A stretch of 64,000 nt of DNA from Polyangiales bacterium (GTDB lineage Bacteria; Myxococcota_A; Polyangia; Polyangiales; Ga0077539), in contig JAWKRB010000006.1 of the NCBI GenBank assembly GCA_041389885.1, forward strand, positions 67,101 through 131,100, read 5' to 3'. The position numbers were made by a program, and so were the translations under genes. Positions within the stretch are counted from its first letter, which is position 1. Every line of letters starts with the position of its first letter. Positions 26,141-35,536 of the stretch are shown here, in pieces. The notes under the pieces are model-generated. The model was not told the origin of the DNA. It searched no databases and worked only from the letters and a program-made list of their open reading frames with translations.

Positions 26141-27709
26141 TCACGGCGCCCTGCGCGCGGTCGGCGAGGTCGAGGGCTCGGCGCACTTCGCGCGGCGCAG
26201 CTCGCCGCGGTGCGCGAGGTGGAGCATCAGCCGCGTGAGCAGCTCGTGGCCGCGGTCGTCGGGGTTCGCCACGGCGAGGACCACGTCGACCATCCACTCG
26301 AGGAAGCGGCGCCGCGCCGCGGGCTCGGTCGCCCGCACGCGCGACACGTCGTCGACCCACGAGCGCGCGAAGAAGTGCGCGACGCGCCACGCGAAGGGCG
26401 TGTCGTCGGGCATCGCCTCGTCGTCGAGGTGTCGCACGATCGCGCTGCGCGCCAAGGGGATATCCCCCGGCTGGACCTCGAGCGCCGGGTCGACGTGGCG
26501 GTTCTCGATGAGCACGAAGGGCGGCCACGCGCGCAGGTCGTTGGGGTCGAGGGCGTCGGCGTGGGGCTCGTCGAGGGCGCCCCGCAGGGGCTGGATCACC
26601 GAGCCGAAGACCGACTGCGGCAGCGACTGCAGGGTGTTGAACTGCCGCTCGGCCTCGGGGCGAGAGAGCTCGCGGTAGCGGTCGGCGCACTGCCGCAGCG
26701 CGTCGCCGGCGTAGGTGAGCGCGAGCACCACGCGGCCGCGCATCTGCCCGTCGCAGCGCTCGACCCAGTGTCGCCAGGGGCCGTGCAGGAGCTGCGTGCC
26801 CGGGCGGATCGCGCTGGGCTGCGACGAGCACACGAGCAGCAGCAGGTCGAGCTCGCTCACGGCCTGGCGAAAGACCAGGTGGTTCTTCACGGCCTTGAGG
26901 TGCCGCGCCGAGTCCATCTCGATCTGGGGATCGGCGCCGGGGCAGTCGACGAGGTCGAGCACCTCGAAGATGCGCGAGGCGCGGGTGCCCGCGGGGGGGC
27001 GCACCCGGAGCGTGAGCTCGCAGGCCCGGAGCTGCAGCGAGCGCAGGCGGAGCTCGCCCGTACGGAGGCGGGTCACGCGGTACTCGCCCCGGCGCTCCTC
27101 TTCGAGCTCGTAGTTCGCGTCGTCGGCGAGCGGAAAGCGGCAGACCCGCAGCGCCCTCGCGAACTCGTCGCGGTTGCCGGGCTCGAAGGTCACGTAGAGC
27201 GACGCGGGGAACTCGTCGAGGTTCGCGGCGTCTTCGGCCGCGGCGGGCTCGCGCTCGAAGGCCTCGTTGTCGAGGGTGCGCACGCGCACGGCGGCGTCGA
27301 GCTTCGCGCCCCCGCGGCGGGTAAGCCGGGTGAGGCAGCCGGTGGTGTCGGCGTCGCCGACCGGGAGCTCCTTGAGCTCTTCGAGGTCGCCGTACCAGCG
27401 CGAGAGCATGAGGGTCTTGCCCGCGTTGACCTTGCCCATGGTGGCCGCGGTGGGCTGGCGCTCGACCGCCTCGGCGAAGCGCCGCACGGCGTCGCGGGCG
27501 CGGCGCTCGAGCTCGTCCCACTCCCGCGCGATGATGGCCTGGTCCTCGGGGGGGCCCTGGCGGGCGTCGGAGATGCGCCCGGCGGCGTCGTTGAGCCAGA
27601 GCTGCCAGGTCTGCGCGAGCGCGCCGAGGGTGGCCTCGAAGGGCCGCTGCGCGACCGCCGGCGCGGGCAGGTCGGCGCCGTAGCGGGCGAGTTCGAATAC
27701 GTCGATCAT
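26141..27709 (-). CDS. P-loop GTPase, possibly dynamin-like (may continue to 25518 through a frameshift)
   Basis: Walker A is ATMGKVNAGKTLMLSRW (GxxxxGKT), a conserved Thr sits in DADTTGC, and the G3/DxxG motif is VLDLVDCPGAD (compare dynamin DLPG). The start is MIDVFELARYG. Confidence 0.6.
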   Translation of the reverse strand: MIDVFELARYGADLPAPAVAQRPFEATLGALAQTWQLWLNDAAGRISDARQGPPEDQAIIAREWDELERRARDAVRRFAEAVERQPTAATMGKVNAGKTLMLSRWYGDLEELKELPVGDADTTGCLTRLTRRGGAKLDAAVRVRTLDNEAFEREPAAAEDAANLDEFPASLYVTFEPGNRDEFARALRVCRFPLADDANYELEEERRGEYRVTRLRTGELRLRSLQLRACELTLRVRPPAGTRASRIFEVLDLVDCPGADPQIEMDSARHLKAVKNHLVFRQAVSELDLLLLVCSSQPSAIRPGTQLLHGPWRHWVERCDGQMRGRVVLALTYAGDALRQCADRYRELSRPEAERQFNTLQSLPQSVFGSVIQPLRGALDEPHADALDPNDLRAWPPFVLIENRHVDPALEVQPGDIPLARSAIVRHLDDEAMPDDTPFAWRVAHFFARSWVDDVSRVRATEPAARRRFLEWMVDVVLAVANPDDRGHELLTRLMLHLAHRGELRRAKCAEPSTSPTARRAP

Positions 27710-27790
27710 GGGCGCCGCGGAGTGTACTTCGTTCGCGACCGCGCGCAGACCGTAAGCAACGAGGGGGCTCCCACGTTTTCTACCACGCCC

Positions 27791-28843
27791 ATGCGACCGC
27801 TCTCGATCTTCTGTGCCGCGCTGCTCCAGCCCCTCGCCGCGGGCGCCTACGCCGACCACGGTCCTCCGCCGCGGGAGTCTGTCGCCCTCGTGCGCGTCTC
27901 GGGCCGGGCGAGCGTGCGGGGCGCGCGCGCGGAGGTGCGCTGCCGCAGCGGGCGTGTCCTCGAGCGCTGGGCGCGGTGCACCGTGCGCGCGGAGTACGCC
28001 CTCGAAGCCCACGGCGACGTCACCCTCGCGTCGCGGCTCCAGGCCGGCGACGAGGTGACCGTCGACGGCGCGCGACTCGGGACCGAGCTCCGGCTGGCCG
28101 AGGGCGCGCGCGCGATCGTGCGCGTCTCGGTGACGCGCAGCCTCGAGACGACGACCCGCGTGCGCGAGTCGCCCTGGGTGTTCGCGCCCATGGTCGTGCG
28201 GCACCCCTTCTTCGGCGAGAGCCGCACGCGGCGTTACCAGGGCGACCGCGCCGAGGTCGACGTGATCTCTGGAACCGACCTTGAGCTCGTCGACGAGCCG
28301 GCGCTCGACCGCGAGCACGACCCTGTCCTGCAGGTCACCTTCGATCGCGAGCGCTTGCTCGGGTCGGGGATGCGCGTTCGCCGCGCGGCCGACGCGACGC
28401 GGGCGGAGCAGTGCCTGCGCGTCGCGATCGGCCTGACGGCGCGCGAAGAACCGACGGGCCCGCTGATGAACGGCGGCCCGGTGCTCGCGCTGGGCTCGCG
28501 CATCTCGACGCAGGGCGCGCCCTCGCGCTTCATGCTGCGCGGCGCGTACGAGGTGGGTCTCTTCGAGCACCTCTTCGTGAGCGCGTCGGTCGAGACCGAC
28601 TTCGAGTCGCTGATGGAGTCGCTCGTGGTCGATGTCGCGAGCCCGAACTACGTGATCCTCATCCCGAGCTTTCGCCTGGGCGTGGGCGTCGTCGCCCGGC
28701 AGCTCGGCCCTCGGCCCGCCGACTTCGCGCTGCGCCTGCGCGCGGGGATGAACCTGCTCCCCGGCGGCTTCGACGCCGACTTCGACTACTGGCCCGAGCT
28801 GGGAGGATGGACGATCTCGCTCACCGGGCGTCTCAGCCCGTAG
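27791..28843 (+). CDS. Secreted hypothetical protein
   Basis: Signal peptide MRPLSIFCAALLQPLAAGAYA. The 350-aa product is rich in beta-type alternating patterns. Confidence 0.5.
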   Translation: MRPLSIFCAALLQPLAAGAYADHGPPPRESVALVRVSGRASVRGARAEVRCRSGRVLERWARCTVRAEYALEAHGDVTLASRLQAGDEVTVDGARLGTELRLAEGARAIVRVSVTRSLETTTRVRESPWVFAPMVVRHPFFGESRTRRYQGDRAEVDVISGTDLELVDEPALDREHDPVLQVTFDRERLLGSGMRVRRAADATRAEQCLRVAIGLTAREEPTGPLMNGGPVLALGSRISTQGAPSRFMLRGAYEVGLFEHLFVSASVETDFESLMESLVVDVASPNYVILIPSFRLGVGVVARQLGPRPADFALRLRAGMNLLPGGFDADFDYWPELGGWTISLTGRLSP

Positions 28844-28847
28844 CGGC

Positions 28848-30679
28848 TCACTGGGGCAGGCACACCCTGCCGACAGGCGCGGTGCCGCAGCGCGTGCCTG
28901 CGCGGCACTCGGCGCCGGGGGTGTCGCAGCGGGCGAGGGCGTAGAGCCAGCCGTCGGGGTCGAGGGTGATCGAGGTCGGAGCGAAGCCCGCGGGGAGCGT
29001 CGCGGCGCTGCTCCGACCCACGAGCTGCACCTCGAGGCGCTCGGTGCGCGCGCCGTCGCTCGCGAGCACGTCGAGGGGCGCGCGGAGCCCCTCGTCGGCG
29101 CCGCGGGTCTGCACCTGCGCGACGGTGAGGGTGCCGCCCTCGACGGTGGCCGAGAGCACGGGAAAGCCCTGCCCGTAGACCCACTCCTGAAAGAACCGCG
29201 GGAGCTCCGCGGCGGGGAACCGCGCCGCGAGCTCGCGCTCGAGGTCGGCGGTGAACACCGCGCGCTCGGCGTGACGGGTGAACCACCCCCGAAGGAACTC
29301 GGTGAGGTTGGCGGTGCCCACGCGCCGCTCGATCATGCGCAGGGTCCACGCCCCGCGCTGGTACGACACCTGGTCGAAGATCGAGAGCGGGTCGACCTCG
29401 GGGTCGGGCGGGCGCACCGGGTGGCGCACGCGCGTCAGGCGCATCTCGGCGTTGGTGGCGCGGCCCAGAAAATTGTCCCAGACGGCGCGTCCCGCGGCGG
29501 CGCCGTCGTGCTCGGTGATGAAGCGGGCGGTGAGGTACTCGGTGAAGCCCTCGCTGAGCCAGAAGTCGTTCCAGCTCCCGATGCGCACGAGGTTGCCGCT
29601 CCAGTGGTGCGCGAGCTCGTGCACGGCGGTCTGCCGCGACGTCGCGGCGCCGTCGGGGGCGTAGAGCGACTCGTCCATGCTCACGATGGTCGCGTGCTCC
29701 ATGCCGCCGCCGAAGATCGGCACCTCGGCGAAGCCCGCCTGCTCCCAGCGAAAGGGCCCGAAGTTCGCCGCGAAGTAATCGAGCGCCGCGGGCACGTCGC
29801 CGAAGATGCCGTCGGCGCGGGAGGCGTGCTGTCGGTAGGTGTACCAGCGCAGCGCGGCGCCCGAGGCGGGGGCCACGCCGGCGCCCTCGGTCCACCCCTC
29901 GTAGGCGGAGACGTGGATGTCGTACGAGGGCATCTGCGTGAGGCACTCGTACCGCCAGGTGCGCGTGCCGTCGGCGTTGTCGGTGACCTCGCCGCGGCGC
30001 CCGTTGGAGAGCACGGTGAGCGCCGAGGGGAAGGTCGCGCGCATCGCCACCATCACGCCGTCGCGGGGGTGGTCGCGCATGGGGAGCCAGCGACGTCCGC
30101 GCATGGGCCAGTCGAGGGAGAGGAAGATCCCCTCGCCGACGCCGTTGGGCCTCGCGGCGATGAGCCCGCCGTAGGTCACGAAGTCACCCACGGTGACGGT
30201 GCGGCTCTGGAGCAGCGCGCCGTGGTAGCGCACCGTCGCGTGAAAGACCTCGCCCGCGCGCCTCGGTCGATCGAGGGGGACCCGCAGCGCGGCGCCCTCG
30301 CGCGTCGCGGTCACCGCGGCGCCCTCGACCTCCGTCGCGTCGACGGTGTTGCCCTCGAAGTCGAGGGTGATGGCGTCGATGTCGCCCGTGGCGACGAAGG
30401 TGCCCGTGAGCGACGCCGCGAAGGTCTCGTTCATCGCGGGGGCGCCGTCGACCCGGAGCTCGATGTCGTAGCCGATGGCGTCGAAGCCCGGGAGCGTCGG
30501 GTCGTAGGTGTCGAACGCGCGGCCGTGAAAGCTGCCCATGGCGCGCGGAACGTCTTCTGCGACAGGCACATCGGCGACGTCGGCGACGTCGCGGGGCGCG
30601 GTCGAGGCGTCGAGGGGGAGCGCGACGTGGGCCTCGCAGCCGAGGAGCGCGAGGCACGCGAGAAACTGTGCGGGGCGCA
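28848..30679 (-). CDS. M1-family zinc metallopeptidase, lipoprotein
   Basis: MRPAQFLACLALLGC is a lipobox. VHELAHHWSGNLV is the HExxH site and WLSEGFTEY supplies the distal Glu. A Cys-rich C-terminus follows. Confidence 0.8.
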
Positions 30680-30778
30680 TGGCGTATGTAGGGTCGCGCG
30701 GCGGCGTCGCCATCGCAACGCGCTTGTCGGCACCGGGGGCGTCCCCATGGTCCGAGGCGCGAAGAAGGAGCGAGCTAC

Positions 30779-33223
30779 ATGGGAGACAGCGATCGAGGGA
30801 GGGAGCGGGACCTGGTCCTCGCCCCCAACGAGTTTGCGTTCATTTCAGACGAGACCAAGGGGAACATCAACGTCTACGTCGGGCCCCACAAGACGAGCCT
30901 CGCGAACACCGACCGTCCGGTGGTCTTCAACTACGAGAGCAAGCGCTTCGACCGCTGCACGCTGGAGCAGGCGACGCAGACAATGGCCGTGGCTCCCGAG
31001 GGCTGGTACCTCGTGCTCAAGAACCCCGCGAAGGACAAGTCGCACCCGCGCACCGGCGCCTTGAACAACCTCCCCGACCTCGACGTGGGGCGCAAGGTGA
31101 ACACCCCCGGGCCCGTCTCGTTCGCGCTCTGGCCCGGGCAGATGGTGAAGGTGGTGCAGGGCCATCACCTCCGCTCGAACCAGTACCTCATCGCCCGCGT
31201 CTACGACGAGGAGGCCGCGAAGGAGAACTGGAAGCACGCGGTCTTCAAGCCCCGCAGCGAGTCAGACGCCGAGCGGCTCCGCGCCGAGGAGCTCACCCTC
31301 GGGCGCACGCTGGTCATCCAGGGCACCGAGGTGAGCTATCACATCCCGCCGACGGGCATCGAGGTGGTGCGCGACGAGCAGGGCCGCCACGTGCGCGAGG
31401 CCGTCACGCTGGAGCGGCTGGAGTACTGCATCCTCCTCGACGAGGACGGCAACAAGCGCTTCGTGCGCGGCCCGGCGGTGGTCTTTCCGAGGAGCACTGA
31501 GGCCTTCGTCGAGCGCGGGGGCGCGCGAAAGTTTCGCGCCATCGAGCTCAACGAGAACAGCGGGATCTTCGTCAAGGTCATCGCGCCCTACGAGGACGAG
31601 GGCCGCGCCTACAAGGTCGGCGACGAGCTCTTCATCACGGGCAAGGACCAGATGATCTACTTCCCCCGCCCCGAGCACGCGGTGGTGAAGTACAGCGACC
31701 AGGAGATCCACTACGCCCTGGCGATCCCCGCGGGCGAGGGGCGCTACGTGCTCGACCGGAACACCGGCACGATCACCCTCAAGCGCGGCCCGGCGATCTA
31801 CCTCCCCGATCCCCGCCGCGAGGTCATCGTGCGCCGCGTGCTCGACGAGCGCGCGGTGCGCCTGTGGTTCCCCGGCAACGAGCAGGCGGTGGTGGCGAAC
31901 CAGCGCCTCGCGGAGATTCAGCGGCGCAGCGGCGCGTCGGAGCCGCGCGCGGAGGGGGTGGCGCGGCCGGCTCCCGCGCCCGCCGGGGCGCCCGCCGAGG
32001 CCGCCGCGGTCTCGAAGGCCAGCTTCGCGGGCGACGACTTTCACCGCCGCCAGAACTTCACGCCCCCGCGGCAGCTCGTGCTCGACACCAAGTACGAGGG
32101 CGCCGTCTCGATCTCGGTGTGGACCGGCTACGCGGTGATGGTGGTCAACCGCACCGGCGAGCGCAGGGTGATCGTCGGCCCGCACACCCACCTGCTGGAG
32201 TACGACGAGTCGCTGCAGGCCCTGGAGCTGAGCACGGGCACGCCCAAGAGCGACGCGAGCCTCTTTCGCACGGCGTACCTCCGGGTGCTGCACAACAAGG
32301 TCAGCGACGAGGTGCACGCCGAGACCCGGGACCTCTGCAAGGTGCGCCTCACGCTCTCGTACCGCGTCGATTTCGACGGCGACCCGAACCGCTGGTTCAA
32401 CGCCGAGAACTACGTGAAGTTCCTCACCGACCACCTGCGGTCGCTGCTGCGGCACGCGATCAAGCAGTGCGGCGTCGAGGACTTCTACGCCCGCTCGACC
32501 ACCCTCGTGCGCGACGTGATCCTCGGCGCCCAGGGGGAGGACGGCAAGCGCCCTGGGCGCGCCTTCGCCGAGAACGGGATGCGGGTCTACGACGTCGAGG
32601 TGCTCGACGTGACCCTCGGCGACGAGCCCATCGCCGACCTGCTCACCGAGGCGCAGCACGCGGCGGTGCGCCAGGCCCTCGCGGTGAGCGCCGAGCGCCG
32701 CAGGCTGGAGCTCACCCGCGAGGTCGAGACGACCCGGCAGCAGGTGCTCGGGCTGCAGAACGAGTCGCGACTCACCGAGGCCGAGCTGAGGCTGAAGGAG
32801 CTCGCCGCGCAGCTCAGCGTGCAGCAGGCCGAGGTGCGCAACGAGGCGACGGTGAGGGCGCAGCGGCAGGAGGCGCAGCGCGCCGAGCAGCCGCTCCTCG
32901 ACGCGGTGCACGGCGCCGAGCTCGCCCGACTCCGCGCCAAGGCCGAGCAGGACCAGGCCCTCGCGAAGACCGCGCTCGACCAGCGCCTCACCGCCCTCGG
33001 CGCCGAGGTGCGCGCGGTGGTCGACAAGGCCCAGGCGGTCTCGCCCGACCTCATCGCGGCGCTCCAGGCCTTCTCCGACCGCGCGCTCGCCGAGCGCATG
33101 GCCGAGAGCATGGCGCCGCTGGCGATCCTCGGCGGAGAGAGCGTCGCCGCCGTGCTCGCGCGGCTCCTCGAGGGCACGCCCCTCGCGAAGGCCCTCCCCA
33201 CGGGCGCGCCCAAGCAGCCCTGA
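30779..33223 (+). CDS. Major vault protein (MVP) homologue
   Basis: The N-terminal MVP-repeat region aligns with human MVP: LAPNEFAFISDETKGNINVYVGPHKTSLANTDRPVV against [36 protein letters not shown], and TMAVAPEGWYLVLKNP against RMVTVPPRHYCTVANP. The shoulder region aligns too: NGMRVYDVEVLDVTLGDEPIADLLTEAQHAAVRQALAVSAE against [40 protein letters not shown]. A long C-terminal coiled coil is present, as in the MVP cap-helix. Confidence 0.8.
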   Translation: MGDSDRGRERDLVLAPNEFAFISDETKGNINVYVGPHKTSLANTDRPVVFNYESKRFDRCTLEQATQTMAVAPEGWYLVLKNPAKDKSHPRTGALNNLPDLDVGRKVNTPGPVSFALWPGQMVKVVQGHHLRSNQYLIARVYDEEAAKENWKHAVFKPRSESDAERLRAEELTLGRTLVIQGTEVSYHIPPTGIEVVRDEQGRHVREAVTLERLEYCILLDEDGNKRFVRGPAVVFPRSTEAFVERGGARKFRAIELNENSGIFVKVIAPYEDEGRAYKVGDELFITGKDQMIYFPRPEHAVVKYSDQEIHYALAIPAGEGRYVLDRNTGTITLKRGPAIYLPDPRREVIVRRVLDERAVRLWFPGNEQAVVANQRLAEIQRRSGASEPRAEGVARPAPAPAGAPAEAAAVSKASFAGDDFHRRQNFTPPRQLVLDTKYEGAVSISVWTGYAVMVVNRTGERRVIVGPHTHLLEYDESLQALELSTGTPKSDASLFRTAYLRVLHNKVSDEVHAETRDLCKVRLTLSYRVDFDGDPNRWFNAENYVKFLTDHLRSLLRHAIKQCGVEDFYARSTTLVRDVILGAQGEDGKRPGRAFAENGMRVYDVEVLDVTLGDEPIADLLTEAQHAAVRQALAVSAERRRLELTREVETTRQQVLGLQNESRLTEAELRLKELAAQLSVQQAEVRNEATVRAQRQEAQRAEQPLLDAVHGAELARLRAKAEQDQALAKTALDQRLTALGAEVRAVVDKAQAVSPDLIAALQAFSDRALAERMAESMAPLAILGGESVAAVLARLLEGTPLAKALPTGAPKQP

Positions 33224-33250
33224 ACGCCCCTGCGTGATAGCGTCGCCCCG

Positions 33251-33724
33251 ATGGCGGACGACGACCTCGAGGTCCTCTACGAACCCCAGCGCGGCTCTGC
33301 GCGCGCCCTCGCGGCGTCGTGGATCGGCGCGGCGCTATTCCTGTGCTTCGTGGCGTGGCTGATGTTCCGCCTGCTGCGCAGCCCGCTCTCGATGGGCATC
33401 GCCGCGGCGGTCACCGCCGTCGTGCTCCTCGCGCAGAGCCGCTACGCGCCGGGCGGCGTGCGCGCGACCCGCCGCGTCACCGCCGACCGCCGCGCGCGCA
33501 CGGTGACCTGGGTCTGGCGCGGCGGCGAGCTCTGCCTGCCGTGGAGCGAGATCGAGTCGCTGCAGGCCGAGCGCGTGACCGGCGGCGACGGCGTCGACCT
33601 CGCCGCGGTGGTGCTCCATCGCGCGGGCGGCGAGGTCTTGCGCTTCGGCGTGCGCACCGACGACGCCGCGAAGGGCATCACCGACGCGCTCGCCGCGCTG
33701 CGCGCCGAGGCGCCGCCCGCCTGA
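33251..33724 (+). CDS. Small membrane protein (two TM helices), probably co-transcribed with the MVP gene
   Basis: It lies 28 nt downstream of the MVP stop on the same strand. The sequence is LAASWIGAALFLCFVAWLMF…GIAAAVTAVVLLA, followed by a soluble domain. Confidence 0.5.
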   Translation: MADDDLEVLYEPQRGSARALAASWIGAALFLCFVAWLMFRLLRSPLSMGIAAAVTAVVLLAQSRYAPGGVRATRRVTADRRARTVTWVWRGGELCLPWSEIESLQAERVTGGDGVDLAAVVLHRAGGEVLRFGVRTDDAAKGITDALAALRAEAPPA

Positions 33725-33727
33725 CGC

Positions 33728-34471
33728 TCAGCGCCGCCCCCGCGAGCCGCCGCTCCGCCGCCCCCGCGGGGTCGAGAAGCTCGCCCAGAGCCGCTCGAAC
33801 TCGCGGCTGAAGGACTCGACCAGCGCGGCGTCTTCGGTCACCACGACGTTCTCCTGGTTGTAGTTCGCGGCGCTGCGGGTCCAGTTGTAGCTCCCGGTGA
33901 GCAGGCGCGCGTCGTCGAAGATCGCGAACTTGTGGTGCATGTGCGCGTCGGTGTCGTCGACGCGGGTCTCGACGCCCGCGTCGCGCAGCGCCAGCACGTC
34001 GGAGCCCTCGTCGCCGGCCTTGTCGTTGTCGCTGATGATCCGCAGGCGCACGCCCCTGCGCCGCGCGCCGAGCATCGCCGAGCGAATGCGGTCGTCGGTG
34101 ATGGTGAACACGCACACGTCCGCGCGGTGACGGGCGCGGTCGAACTCCTCGCGGATGAGGTCGAGGCAGTCGTCGCCGGGGCTGAAGCACGCGCGCGACG
34201 CGGGCGCTGCCCTCGACGCGTCGGCGAGCTTGACCAGCCAGCCCAGCGCGTCGCGCATCGCGGCCGACGACTTCGCGGCCTGCGCGATCGCGACGGCCTG
34301 CGCGCAGAAGACCGTGAGCGCCTCGGGGTCGAGCGGGCCGTGGGCGAGCACCGCGTCGACCCTCTGCCGCGTCGAGGCGGGGATGCGCGGGTCGCGCAGG
34401 GTGCGCTCGATCAGGGCTTCGAGCTCGCGGGTGCTCACGTCAGGGTCCTCACGCCGCGTACCGTAGTACAC
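33728..34471 (-). CDS. Phospholipase D-superfamily protein with a single HKD motif (Nuc-like)
   Basis: AHMHHKFAIFDDARLLTGSYNWTRSAANYNQEN is one canonical HxKx4Dx6GSxN motif. The 247-aa size fits a Nuc-type single-HKD protein. The start codon is probably GTG. Confidence 0.75.
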   Translation of the reverse strand: MYYGTRREDPDVSTRELEALIERTLRDPRIPASTRQRVDAVLAHGPLDPEALTVFCAQAVAIAQAAKSSAAMRDALGWLVKLADASRAAPASRACFSPGDDCLDLIREEFDRARHRADVCVFTITDDRIRSAMLGARRRGVRLRIISDNDKAGDEGSDVLALRDAGVETRVDDTDAHMHHKFAIFDDARLLTGSYNWTRSAANYNQENVVVTEDAALVESFSREFERLWASFSTPRGRRSGGSRGRR

Positions 34472-34480
34472 GGCGCGGGC

Positions 34481-35536
34481 TCAGGGCGCGAAGCCTGGAG
34501 GCATCGCGGTGTTGCCGCCGGGGAGCGCGGTGCCCCCGGCCGCGGCGGGGGTGCAGGCGATGTTGCGACCGAAGGTGCCGGTGCACCGGTAGCCGATGAG
34601 CCCGTCGGGGCGTCGCGCGCGCCGGAGGTCGGGGACCATGTCCATCACGGTCATGATGCGCCCCGCGACCTCGGACTTGTTTCGGTACACGTCGGTGAGC
34701 CGAAAGCGCAGGCCGATGTTCATCGCGCTGTCGCTGAAGTTCGGGCGCAGGTCGATGCGCCCGTCCATCTGGAGGTCGAACTCCGCCGAGTGCGCCTGAA
34801 CCCGCTCGAGCAGCGCGGCGCCGCGCCGGATGTTCACCCCAAGCTCGAGGTTGCCCGCGCGAATGGCCTCGATGGTCACGCCGCCGAAGCCGGGGAGCTG
34901 GTACTGCGCCCGCCCGTCGCCGAGGGTGAGCGCGGACACCGTGAGCCGTACGCTGCCCTCCGCGAGGCTGGTGCGGCCCTCGGGGAGGGTGACGTCGACG
35001 GTGCCGGCCATGGTGCCGCGCACGGGGAGCCCGACCATGGCCGCGAGGGGGGCGATGTCGGCCACCCGCAGGTCGCTGAGCTCCATCTTCAGCGCCCGGA
35101 GGCCTGGCATGGGCGTGCCGAAGAAGATCGACGCCTCGCCCTCGATCTGCCCGCCGAGGCCCTCGACGAGGTAGCTCAGGTTCGCGTGCTGGGTGAGCAG
35201 CCCGAAGATCGAGACGCGCACGCGCACGCGGTCGAGGACCATGCGCGTCTCGCGGTCGGTGGGGCGCTCGGGGAGGGAGGTGACGGTGACGCCGCGAAAC
35301 TCCAGGCCGGGGAAGAAGGTCGGGCTGAGGCGCTCGATGTCGAGGAGCATCGAGGAGGGCGTCGAGCGGCCCCCCGGCGCGGTCCTGGGCGCCTCGGCGG
35401 CGGCGATGATCGCCTCCTTGAGGCGGTCGTACGGAAAGGTCACGTACAGGAAGGTGACGAAGAAGAACGCGAAGAAGATGGGGTAGCCGACGACCCGCAG
35501 GAGGATCGGGCGCAGCGCGAGGAGCCGCTCTTTCAT
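34481..35536 (-). CDS. gspN: Type II secretion system protein GspN
   Basis: It is the last gene of the gsp cluster. It has an N-terminal TM helix (YPIFFAFFFVTFLYV) and is ~350 aa. It is translationally coupled to gspM (stop and start overlap at 35533-35536). Confidence 0.6.
   Translation of the reverse strand: MKERLLALRPILLRVVGYPIFFAFFFVTFLYVTFPYDRLKEAIIAAAEAPRTAPGGRSTPSSMLLDIERLSPTFFPGLEFRGVTVTSLPERPTDRETRMVLDRVRVRVSIFGLLTQHANLSYLVEGLGGQIEGEASIFFGTPMPGLRALKMELSDLRVADIAPLAAMVGLPVRGTMAGTVDVTLPEGRTSLAEGSVRLTVSALTLGDGRAQYQLPGFGGVTIEAIRAGNLELGVNIRRGAALLERVQAHSAEFDLQMDGRIDLRPNFSDSAMNIGLRFRLTDVYRNKSEVAGRIMTVMDMVPDLRRARRPDGLIGYRCTGTFGRNIACTPAAAGGTALPGGNTAMPPGFAP

Noticed and set aside
25518-27521. 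The N-terminal ~480 aa of the 667-aa frame-B ORF
   Set aside because: Only its last ~225 codons are protein-like, and the rest is Arg/Pro/Ala junk overlapping the well-supported GTPase frame. It is treated as a frameshift junction rather than a long overlapping gene.
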